Assembly (NCBI RefSeq): GCF_000143415.4
Contig: NW_003314309.1
Location: forward strand, 1,231,034-1,295,033
Direction of reading: 5' to 3'
Source: Selaginella moellendorffii
Lineage: Eukaryota; Plantae; Lycopodiophyta
DNA length: 64,000 bases
A program made the translations under genes and the position numbers. The notes under the pieces were generated by a model. That model was given only the letters and a program-made list of their open reading frames with translations, was not told the DNA's origin and made no database searches. Numbering within the stretch: the first letter of the stretch is position 1; each line of letters begins with the position of its first letter. Positions 52,101-63,600 of the stretch are shown piece after piece.

Positions 52101-53850
52101 CCGGGAGTCATTTTGGTCTTGTTGAAGACTACCTCACCACGTAGAAGAGCATTAGCCACTGTCAGAAGGTCGTCATCGTCTAGAAACGCAAGGCGTTGAG
52201 CTTCAAATCATTGGGCTTCCGGCCGTCCTCCACACCCATTGAGTTTAGCAACTCCCCATCATGGTACCTCTTCAGCACATCTACCCATTTGTCAAAAACA
52301 ACTTTTGTTTCGAGTAGAATGTTATGGATGCTGAGTGTGTCATTGACCCCCAGTGTTTTCGAGAGAAGACTCGAGAATTCCTGCAATGGAAATGGCGTGA
52401 GGCCACATGCTATGCCACATGCAACGAGGCTTACCTGCCAGGCGCTAGTTGCTAGTGCACGTCCTTGTCCTGGTTTTTGTGGCTTCTTCAGTTGAACCCA
52501 GAGCTTCCTTGTTCGTGCCAATGTCTCGTGCAGACCCGATTTGTAGCACATTTCTTGCTTGACATTTTGCGCGTGGGAGATATATGATAGATTGGAGGGG
52601 CGAGTTGCCTTTTATTAGGCGGACAACTCTTGTCTTGAAGACTTTCTTCACCTCCTCGCCCACCATAATATCCACAACTATCTCTTGCATCGCCAAGCTA
52701 GAATGCTGCCCGGAGACGGCATAGAACCGGATGTTCTGATCGTCCAACACCTTTCTATTGATCAAGTCTGGAAATGTCGTCTCGCCCTTCATTGTTCGGT
52801 AGTAGGGGATCACGTCTGCGATGTCGGGTGTTACTGGACTTGCCAGCATCTTCTGCTTCAGTTTCTCCACCCACTCATCAGATACTAGCCTATGGTTGTA
52901 TTTTCTTTGGATGTCGATACGGCTCACGTCGATTGTATATACTTTGTTGGAATAGTAACAAGTACTATTATCTGCGACGATTTTTGCTGCCTCTTCTTGC
53001 TCTTTCTGCTCTTTGCGGCTCTTCTTTTTGGTGGGTGTAGTGTTCGAACCCGAGGCAATGGCATTACCGAGTAGCTTCTTTTTTGGAGCAGGAGAGTCGG
53101 ACGTCGGCTTGAGCTTGACCACCCTTTTCTGCTTCGGGGTAGTTTCCAGATCGACCCCCTTCCCCTTCGCTTCGCGAACTGGAGGCACTCTCAACGGCTT
53201 AATGTTGGAATATAGTTTTTGAACATCGCCGTAGGTGAGGTCCGTGGATTCCATGTGATCTTCATAGACCCGCAGCGTCTTTGAAATTGTGGGCCTCCTG
53301 GACAACCTCTCCCTAGCTCCCTCTAGGAATTCCTCATAGCCGCTGCCCCCCTCCGGGAAGCCGCTAGGATGTGCAAGGTGGATCTTGAAGGCAGACGCTG
53401 TCTCTACCACAAGTGCCAGTCCATATTCTTGCATGGAACTGCATGGAGTGTCTGTCACTTGGATGAGGATCCCCATGCATTCTTTTTTCCCACCATCTGT
53501 GTTGTACAGCCTCAGATCCTCGCCTTCCATCCTGAAAGTCCAACTGGTGAGCTCCTCCCCCTTCTCTGCATCCACATTGACAGTGGCTGGAAGAAGAACG
53601 CAATTCCTCGCCTGTTCAAAAATGCACAACAATTAGAGCTGACAGATGAAAAGCTAGCAGCTGGAAATAACGTGAGGCCACACGCCATTCACCACTGCAT
53701 CAGATGTCTTGAGGTTGCATCCTAAGATGGCGTGAGGCTACACGCCATCTGTAACCGGACTGCACTCGAGAGCCCAATCGGTGCATGCCAATGTTGCTAC
53801 TGAATGGCATATGGCCTCATGCCATTTTCTACTTGGTCTAAAAGACTTAC
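49186..53850 (-). pseudogene. Multi-exon transposon cargo gene: ParB/Srx-like domain, degenerate methyltransferase-like domain, acidic and Pro-rich linkers
   Basis: YNHRLVSDEWVEKLKQKM..FYAVSGQHSSLAMQEI..YL(S)HAQN; later EKAPGAAWEMLSWVF..KCVVEYNCGGLFFRATLLKGVPCVVV; frameshifts about 52577 and 52184, TAG at 51563; GT..AG mini-introns; domain calls by motif recall only. Confidence 0.55.
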
Positions 53851-54903
53851 CATTTGAAGCCGAATGGAGGCGTCACAATCGAGGCCGGACTTGCTGGGGA
53901 ATGTGCACTGTGTGTGCAGCGGATCGTAGCAGCAAGGCTACTCTGCCACTTACAATTGGAGAGTGGCGCTGAAATCTCCCGGGATGCCAAGTGGGCTGCG
54001 TGTGGGTGGCGGAGTGGGCGGCGGAGTTGGCGGCGAAGTTACAAACTGGGTGTGTCTTGAAGTGGATGCCGATGCACACAAGCGCGATGCGAGCACGATG
54101 CGAGCGCGAGTGTGATGCAAGCGCGAGTGGACGCCGATGCACACGAGAAACCTGTAGAGAAGGTAGATGAGCGCGAATGTGAGCGTGATCGCGAGTGGGA
54201 GCGCGATGCAAGCGCGAGTGTGCGAGCGCGAGTACGATGCAAAACCTAACCTCACACGCACGAAATGTCACGACGGTTGGTAATCCCGCAACGTCATCAT
54301 TCCTCGGACTTGGGCACCACCATTAATTTCTGGATCGCCACGCGCATGCATGCACGTGAAATCCAAAAGAAATCCGCAACGTCATCATTCCTCGGACTGC
54401 ATGCACGCGAAATCCAAAAGAAAGATCATGATTGGGATATCATTTAATACCCTCGCTATATTTATACCATGCATGATTGGATATTCCAAAGCATCTTGTA
54501 TTTCCAAAAATGCCAGATGTTCAGCTAAATAAAGAATGGTATACAATGTCCTTCTTGATGACCCTGCAAAGAAGCATCTCGATCGGACACCACATGAGAC
54601 CACACGAGCCTTACAATGTTTCAGAGGCATTTGCCATAGATCTAACTGTTATTTTGCTCCAAGATTCTACAGTTTGGTGTGCATTGACCTTTCCATCGAC
54701 ACTGCAAAGGGACATCACAATTAGATGCGGGATCACAAGAAACCAACTTCACTAACTCTGGTTTCACCAAGATCTACGTAAGGAGTTATGAAATGAAAGG
54801 ACCCTCTCTATTGAAATGTGTTTATGGTCCTAGGGGCATTGTGACATATCAAAGGATTTTGCATCAAGTTCTGTATTTGCATGTTTATCAAGCTACTGAA
54901 TTG

Positions 54904-54930
54904 CTAAACCCTAAACCCTAAACCCTAAAC
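54904..54930. repeat. Short interstitial plant telomere repeat (CCCTAAA)n / telo-box cluster
   Basis: CTAAACCCTAAACCCTAAACCCTAAAC. Confidence 0.9.
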
Positions 54931-56194
54931 ATGTGGCAAATGCTGCGTGAAGAAAGATGCCCTTTCTGGGCAAATGCTGTAAGAGGCAAATGCCGAGCAG
55001 ATGTATCTCAGGCTAGCGAAGGGGACAAACGAAAGCTAGCTATAAACATGACGGGATGCAAATAGATTACTAGGCTGGTCCTGCGAAAATCAAAAACCAT
55101 AATTGAAAACATTGAAAATGCAAAAAGAAAGGTTTATAATATTTTTGAATTTTAAGCAACCAAAGGAATGTAAGTAGGGCATGTGTTTGTAAGTTTAAAA
55201 ATGCCTCAACCACTTAAATTCCCAAGTAAATAAAGCTGTTTCTATTTTTGGTACAGGTAAACTTTATAGCGTGTGGGCTCATGCAATTTTGAACCCAAAA
55301 ATGCACCAAAAAATGCTCGACTAGCATTATTCTTTGAATGGCGTGTGGCCTTATATTGCCATAAATGGACGTACACACACAGCATAATTATTCCTTTACA
55401 CGGCGAATAATCTTGGTGCGGATCGCTGACATAGCATAGCAAAGTTCGAATCACTGACATGGCACAGCTGGATCGAGGCAAGGACATGATGTGACAAAGT
55501 TCAACCTCCGACAGCAAAGTCTAGAAGCTACTCAGTTTGAAATTTGTCAGAGGAATCATAAGATTTGGTTTGTCAGAGGATTTGATGTGACGTTCAAGCG
55601 TGTGTTATTTTTGAATTCTCGAACTCATTCCTAGGTCTATCATTTTTGTGCGCCCTGTTCTTGGTTCCGCTGAGCGCAGTGAGCGCTGCTTGTGTAAGCG
55701 GCGTTGTGAGCTGTGGTTTATGCGTCTACGAGCGGTTGCGGCATTGCGAGCGCCATTGCGAGCGGCAGTTTATGCGAGTGGCAGTTTGTGCGAGCGGCGC
55801 TACGAGTAGTTGCGGTGTTGCGAGCGGCACTGTCTTTGGTGTGGCTACCGCTTCCTCTTGATATTCGGCACTTGTGCTTCCTGGTATGTTCACCATGGAA
55901 TGGCTTAGGACCACATTTAGAAATGGCATGAGGCCACATGCCATCTTGGGCCCTTGCAATTTCATGGCTAGCGTATTGTCATGTATGTTTTTACTTGCCT
56001 GCAGCTATGTGTATATCAAGATGGCATGAGGCCTCATGCCATTTTTGTGAATGCAAAATTTCACGTGGGTGTCAATAGCATGTTTGAATAATGGCATGTG
56101 GCCTCATGCTATTGAGGTTGTTTGGTATGTTATGATTTAGGCCATTCTCCAATCATTTTTTGTATGGTCTTAACTTCTTTTCTGCACTTTCAGA

Positions 56195-59020
56195 ATGGCC
56201 TCCGCAAGTGCGACGCATGTTCCCTCCGTGGATCTTAAGAACCGTGCTACATGGATTCAGGCAAAGGTGTTTCTAAACAACCCCGAGGGGGAGGTGGTAG
56301 CTGAGGGCTTAGCCACAATTGTCGATCCAAGAGATGCGGTTGCTAATCAAGAATTGGGCTGGGATGATATTGGAGTTGCGATTTTAGAGGTTGTTGACAC
56401 AGAAGAAAATAGTATGACTATTAGAAGCATTGTGCGGTGGAAATTGAGGCACTTAGTGTTTGAGAATGTGAAGGATTCACAATCAAACACCACTACAACT
56501 GATGACAGAACATCTCTTCATGGGAAAAGAAAGTACACCTTCCTAAAGCGCAGCCAAAGGGATCTGAGCAACGAACCGAAAAGGCAGAAATTGGCGATGG
56601 AGGTTCGAATGGTCTCGACAGTTGCTTGTTGCAAGAGGAGGTGCTGTCAACATGCTGATTGGGATGCTATTGAAGAGGAGAGAGCAAGATACAAGACATT
56701 GTCCTGGAAGGCAGCTCGCAATTTTGTGTATGAGGCATTACGGTCATCTGTTGATGCTTCAGAACATCAGGTGGGGGGCATGGTCTTCCAGAGGGGTTTG
56801 GTCTGCATGAAGGCATGGAGAATCATTTATGGAGTCCCTCGAACCACATTCTACAGAATCAAAACTGAGTTCGAGGAACAAAGGGTTCAACAGGCAGTCC
56901 ATGGGAACGACGGTACTCACAAAACCAGGGGTCATGTTGTATATGGAGAGGCAATCTTCAAGAGGTTTGTCGAGACATGTAGCGAGCAGCAACCACATAA
57001 AACCCGCCTCTTGGAAGATGGAACTCGAGACACCCAACGAGTTCTCCCTTCCATGTATACCAAGGGGGCCATATTGGAAGATGTGAATCGGGAACTCCAG
57101 AGTAATGGCTACAGGAAGCTGAGCCAATCTAGATTTAGTAGATTGTGGAGCAACAGGTTCAGGGATGTGAGTATAGAAAAGTACTCCAGCTTTTCAAAGT
57201 GTGACGAGTGCACTGCTATCAAAATGGCTTTGTCGAAGAATTCTTGCATCGCTCAAGAGCGAGAGACGTTGGTTAGAAGGCGGCTCGACCACAACATCGA
57301 GCAGAGAAGCTGCAGAACTGCATATTATCATAACAGGATTCTCTCCATGGAGAGACCTGACTCTTACCTCTGCATCATCCACGACAAAATGGACCAGAAA
57401 AAGACGTGCTTACCTCGACTCAATCCTGCCCCCAAGGCAATCTCTTCATCCATGCAGCTGCCTGTGTCTCTGTTTGGCATAATCGCTCATGGGCATGGTG
57501 CCCAGAACTATGGGAACTTCTTTGTACCTCTATAGGGTGGCGGGGGTGCAAACATGATGATTGCGTCCCTAGCAAAACACTTAAGGTCTCTGCAAAGTGC
57601 GCAGACTGAGCTGAACGGCCAACCCTTGCATAAGGCCCTTGTCGATCGAACCCCATACAGGGTTCAGCTGGAGGAGGAGCAAAGGCTTGCAGTATTGCGT
57701 GGGGCCCCACGCCATCCCAGTGAATATGTTAGCCGTCAGATTGTAGGGTTATCACGTGAGGCCTCATGCCATTCCGACGAGGCTAGTCGCCCGGTGAATG
57801 CACAGCCTCATCCGAACGAAGCAGAATCTCAAGGAAGTTCTTGCGGCCGATGTGGCCTTCCACCCCATCTTCTGCTCCAAACAGACAATGCTGGCAGTGA
57901 GAACAAAATCATGTACGTCTTCGCGTACTTGGCGATGCTTGTTGCCAAAGGCATATTTGAAACGGTTACACTTGGCTTTCTCATGGTTGGGCACACTCAT
58001 GAAGACGTCGATGCCATGTTCAGTCACCTGGCAGAGTCCCTCCGGCGATCCAATGTCCTCACCCTCCCACAACTCTACGATGAATTCCAAAATTGCATCA
58101 AAGGCACTGTTGAAGCTGCACTTGTGACAGAGGTTCCAGACTTTAAGGGGTTTGTAAGAGGCTACATCAGGGACGGATCCAAAACGCTGATTGGCCACTC
58201 CAAGCCTCTTCAGTTTCATTTCAACATGCGTGACGGTGCTCCAGTGATGAGGTACAAGATGAGAGAATGGGACACAGTGTGGCTGCCAATGGATGGCATT
58301 GAACTCTTCAAGAGAGATCCCATAACTGGGGAACCTATGATTCCTCAGGGTTCCCCACGGCCGATGCACCCGGATGGACTCAAAGACCAGGAAAGTATAG
58401 TGGCCGGGATTAGACAGCATATTGCCTTTTGGAAGAGGGGGTTGGTGTTTAATGGAGAATCCTATTTTTAGAGGTGCAAGCCTTTGCTCGAATACTGGGA
58501 GAAGATTATATCTGCTATCCAAAATGGGCCGGTTGTATATGAAGAATTGGAAGAGTCCTTTTGGCCAGAACCCAGAGCACCAGATAGTAGCGGAACAATG
58601 TCCTCTGGAAATGCAGTGATAGATAACGATGTTGAGGATCACTATTGTGGGCCGAGGAACAAGAAGCCGGATTCAGCATTCAATCCAGTATAGGTTTGCA
58701 AAGGAATGGTCGTGCTTGTCAGACCCAGTAATAAAAAACAAATGATATGGGTAGGGCGCTGCATCACTGATGCAAAGGAGGACGCAGAAACTAACTCCTT
58801 CAATGTAACTGTGGAGTGGTTCAAGCCAAGTTCCGGATATACGAAGGATTGCCTAGAAAAGAGATGGGTGCTAAATCCAAGGGATCCCAGCATGAGCATA
58901 TCGGTGGATAATGTTGTGCATGGTTGGATGCGGAAGCAGAGTGCCACCATCACCTTGCCAGACCATGCAAGAGATGCAGCAAGAGCATTCATAACCCGGG
59001 TTCAAGGTGAGATTCATTAA
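56195..59020 (+). pseudogene. Sola-like DDD/E transposase, about 941 codons in one frame with three in-frame TAG stops (57533, 58469, 58691)
   Basis: CCKRRCC, VCMKAWRIIYGV, FSKCDEC, CIIHDKMDQKK, LQTDNAGSENK, FLMVGHTHEDVDAMFS; ORFs at 56195, 57554, 58484 and 58706 share one frame. Confidence 0.85.
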
Positions 59021-60635
59021 TATTCCTTTACTAAGTTTCTAATGTATTTTATTTCAAGGTGAACAATCCGAATCTAAATCAGAGGAGGCGTGATGGCATG
59101 TGGCCTTACACCATTCCTAGGTTAGATGATACAAATAACAAGTATAAATTCTTAGTTGTTCTAGCAAATCTTACTTAAAGTTCAAGGTGAACAAGCCGAA
59201 TATGAATTCATCGGATTGTTATAACAAATTGCGAGGTGATGGCATGAGGCGATACGCCATTTGAGAGTGGTAGCCATTCCTATATGAGGTGAGTGAAATA
59301 TTTATTAGAAATACCTCATTCAATTGTGCACTTCTAAGTCTTGGTCCACTCAGTACTGTTTGCATGTTTTTATTTTAATTCTTTCTCTAAAATGTTATTT
59401 AGCATGTGGCTTCATGCCATTGCTCTCCACAATCATGCATTGAATTTTTCTATCCTTGCATAATACTTCTCCATATATATAGCATGTGCGCACATGTGAT
59501 ATGGTTCATTAGGCCTGATATAGTGTGTGAGGTAAAACAAAGATGATGTGACATATGCATTTACCAATCACACGTGCATAAATCTAATAATATGGCATGT
59601 GGCCCATATTAATGGCACATAAACCCATATTGTGGGCTTATGTGCTTTATGTACCATCATTCCCTTGCAGTGTGTGTGTTGGTTTCCTTTTATAACACAA
59701 CGAACTCCATATTTTAGGGTGAAGAGCGTTCTCATGGCAAGCACAAAATCTGTAAGTGAGGCAGAAAAGGAGACGAAGAAGGAGATAGGTGAAGATGTAG
59801 AATATATAAGTCTTCCAAACTCCCCATACTATACTCCAGGTGATCATTTTTCTGAACAAACGGCAACATTAACAACTATCGAGAACGCCCCAGTAACGTC
59901 AGAGACAACAATCCAAAGCAAAACAACTGACCCGGAGAAGGATGATAGTACCGCGAGGTGTCCACTAGCGCTTAGGCTTATAATGGCGTGTGCCCTCATG
60001 CCATTTACTTGATCACCAAATACCTTTTTCCCTTTGCACTAGTATATCTTAATACCGGTCTGAGAAATAGAATGGCATGTGCCCTCAGGCCTTTTACTAA
60101 ATCACCTTTGAAAGAAATGCAAGCCTCTATGTCGTAAAAAAAAGGTACTAGAGAAATTCCTTAATAATATGAATGTTATTTAGTTTCATGAAAATACACT
60201 AAGGGTCAAATGAGTTAAATGACTTCTCCAGACTAGCAATGCCTCTTGCTACACCTTCACAATTAGATTTGTTAGAAAAAGATAACATTGAATAATATCT
60301 AAATGTTCTCACCATTAAGTTATATGTCTGGCTAATAGGAATGACGTTCATCTTGGAAAGCTCACCACACGCTTAATGAATAAACAAATAGTGTGTGCGC
60401 GCATGCCATCACTCTTCTTTAGCTTCAGATTCGGCTTGTTCACCTTGACAATGAGATTTATTATACAACCAGATGGACTCAGTCTGGACACAAAGTCACC
60501 GCGCTAGTCACCATGCCCCAGATATGTCTAGCCCCTGGACAAAAAACATATAATTTCACGTCATTTTCAAATACTTGAAAATTTGTACCTAGTCCCATTT
60601 TACTAAATAAATCCCACTTTAACGAAATAGAGCTT

Positions 60636-63600
60636 GCATTGGTAAACCATATTTTTGTACCCTATCTAGATCATTTTGTTGTCATTTATATTAACGACAT
60701 CCTGATTTATAGCGAGATGCTAAAGGAGCATGCTGAACACTTAACAAAAGTGTTTGAGAAACTAAGGGAACATAAGTTGTATGCTAAAGAGAGAAAATGT
60801 GACTTTGCTCAACAAGAGGTAAAGTTTTTTGGGCATGTGGTGGGGAAAAATGTGTTCAAGGTGGACATTGAGAAGGTGCAAACAATCCAAGAATGGGAAT
60901 GATTACTGAATGTACACAAATTAAGTGTTGTTGGAGTTATGCAACTACTACCAAAAGTTTATCAAACACTATTAACCCTACTTTTAACAGATCAACTAAG
61001 AAAAAGAAAGATGGTATAAATAATAGGTAGTATTTGTCCATTTCAAAGGGAAATTGAGGAACACTCCTGCATTGGCATTATCAAACTTTGGTAAGGACTT
61101 CGAGGTAGAAACAGAAACTTCAAACTTTGCATTAGGTGCAATTTTGAAGCAAAACAACCACCCAATGGCATTCTTCTTGAAGAAGTTGAACAATGCTCAA
61201 CAAAAATGGCCTACCCATAAAAAGAAACTATTTTTGGTGGTCAAAACGCTCAAGGAGTGGCAACACTACCATAGGAGGCACTTCAAAGTATATATGGATG
61301 TGGCAATAAAACACTTTTTGTCATAACCCGACCTCCAAGGGAAATAAGGTTGGTGGGCCAATGCTTTTAATGAGTTCAATTGTGAGATTTTGTATAAATT
61401 TAAGAAGAGCAATATCATGGCAAATTCTCTAAGTCAAAAAGTAAGCTTAAAGTTAGTGATATCTAACACAACAACAACCTTTTGGGATGATATACAGACA
61501 ACATATGAGGATGATGGTTTAGAACAAGAAGTGTTGCTAAGGAACTAAGAGGAGTAGGATGCTCACTAAAGAGGTGAGCCATCTAGGGAAGAGAAAATGG
61601 GTTATATGGAACACAATAAACTCATTTATTATAGGTAAACAAAGGTGTATGTTCCACAAGAGGAACTAAGGAAGGTAGCCTTTAAAGAGTGTTATAATGA
61701 ACTTTTTGTGGGACATAGCAAAGTGTCCAAGATGATGGGTTTACTTAAGAAAAAGTATCACTAGCCAGACATTACTAAGGACATTCAAAACTATGTAAAG
61801 AAACATGTCAGCAGATAAAGGTCATAATTAAAGTTACTAAGGGCTTGTTACAAAGTTTCCTAATTCTTAATCATCTGTGAAATTTTTTTATAATGGACTT
61901 CATCATAGGAACCCCCCCCCCCCCNNNNNNNNNNNNNNNNNNNNNNNNNNNNNNNNNNNNNNNNNNNNNNNNNNNNNNNNNNNNNNNNNNNNNNNNNNNN
62001 NNNNNNNNNNNNNNNNNNNNNNNNCTTAAAGTTGGGGTTTTTCCCCCCCCCCCCCCCCTTTGGGGGGGGATTCCCCCCCCCCTTGGGGGGGGGGGGTTTA
62101 AAACAAAAAGGTTTTTTAAGGAACTTGGGGGGGGGGGGTCCCCCCTAAAGGGGGGGCCCCTTTGGGGGAGGAAAAAGGGGTTTTTGGGACCCCCAAAAAC
62201 CCCTTTTTTTTGGGGAAAAAAGGGGGTTTTTTCCCCCGGGGGGATTTGGGGGGGGCCCCCTTAAAGGGGTTTTAAAAGAACTTTTTGGGGGACAAAACAA
62301 AGGTTCCAAGGGGGGGGGTTTTTTTAAAAAAAAGTTCCCCCCCCCCCCCCTTTTTGGGGCCCTTTAAAATTTTGTAAAAAACCCTTCCCCCCGAAAAAGG
62401 TTTAAATTAAAGTTTATAGGGGGCTGTTAAAAAATTTCCAAATTTTTAACCCTTGGGGAAATTTTTTTTAAAGGGGTTTTCTTAAGGGGACCCCCCCCCC
62501 CCCCCCCCCCCCCCCAAGTGAGAGGTTTGATGCAATATTTATAGTGGTGGATCGCTTTTCTACTGATTAAGTAAATAATTTGGGACTTACAAAAATGTGC
62601 TATAATAACTCACCACATTTGAGTATTGAGGTGAGTTTATAAGAAGTCATTAATAGATGAGTTATTGAAGGTCTCATAAAACTTGGCATGGCCAAGTATC
62701 ATCGAGAGTTACTTATAATGGAGATGTTCATGGTGGAAAGACTCAATATTTGGAATCTAGTGAAGGATTCCTTAGAATAGACTCAATAAATGCAAACCAA
62801 ATACACAAACCAAAAATGAAAGTTCTAACTTAAAGAGAAGGTATAGTTAAACACAAAGAATCTAAAGCTACCAAATGAGATCAGCTAGAAGTTGACCCAA
62901 AGGTAAAATGCATATATTCCTAAAAATGAACTAATCTTAAGTTCTTTAAACAAGTTTGCAGAGCCTTATGAGATTGAGGCTTAAATTTGTAAGATGGATT
63001 ATTGCTTCTGACTTCCCTGAAAGATGGGGAAGATGCATTTTGTATTTCGTATGAACTTATTTAAGCCGTACTTTGAGGACCTATTTTGCAAAGACCAAAT
63101 GAAAACTTTACCCAAGGTTATTCAAGGGTAGGAGGAATATGATGTTGAGGCCATCCTCAAGAGCAAGCAACAATGAATGAGTCCTATGTAAAGTGGAAAG
63201 GATTTCCACTTTACAAAGTAACATGGGAACCGGAGGAGAACTTAGTGAACACTCGAGATATAGTGGAAGAATTTTTACAAAGTAGAACTTTATATACCTA
63301 TGCAAAGTTCAATTAAAATATCCATTTGTGAAATTGAGTAATATCATATATTGGGACCCAAAGGTAAGCTAATTAGCATGGGTTTAGTTAAGTCGACCAA
63401 GCGTGGGGAGCTACACTTGACTTATAGAGGGGATATTAAATCTGTAGACATATTTTATAAAGGTTGGGTTCGAGTGCTAACTTTAGTAAAGCAAGGCTAT
63501 GTTAGTCCCAACCCTCTACTAAAGTGAGGTGAGGTGAGGGGTATAGGGACATTTATATCTTATTATCATGAGCTCCTAGCTAAAGAGATTAACTTAGACA

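Larger units (their letters stand above)
47891..60409. repeat. Dispersed 22-bp palindrome family ATGGCRTGWGGCCWCAYGCCAT (about 25 copies)
   Basis: Copies start at 47891, 48183, 49260, 49335, 50571, 50762, 50903, 52392, 53667, 53727, 53804, 55338, 55923, 56021 (perfect), 56091, 57694, 57751, 59093, 59239, 59399, 59479, 59592, 59983, 60072, 60388. Confidence 0.92.
47797..60635. mobile_element. 12.8-kb TIR DNA transposon, Sola-like (DUF7869-type transposase), with cargo gene
   Basis: TIRs AAGCTCTATTT(T/C)GTTAAAGTGGGA at 47797-47820 and 60612-60635 (23/24 match); transposase inside; element-wide 22-bp palindrome; no TSD visible. Confidence 0.85.

Noticed and set aside
57533-58693. Three in-frame TAG codons as programmed readthrough or editing sites
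   Set aside because: Each is one transition from TGG or CAG, and the cargo gene also has frameshifts, so ordinary mutational decay is simpler.
59632-60012. Possible third gene in the transposon (MASTKSVSEAEKETKKE..)
   Set aside because: Short, with no recognisable domain; it cannot be supported without transcripts or homologues.
47891-60409. Palindrome family as a CRISPR array or MITE family
   Set aside because: Spacing is irregular (57 bp to more than 1.5 kb), there are no uniform spacers or cas genes, no TSDs flank the 22-mers, and the context is eukaryotic.
62025-62515. Homopolymer-rich, G-quadruplex-looking sequence after the N gap
   Set aside because: It is a garbled duplicate of about 61445-61924 (e.g. 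AAACAAAAAGGTTTTTTAAGGAACT versus GAACAAGAAGTGTTGCTAAGGAACT), as expected from poor base-calling beyond a poly-C tract; a sequencing artefact.
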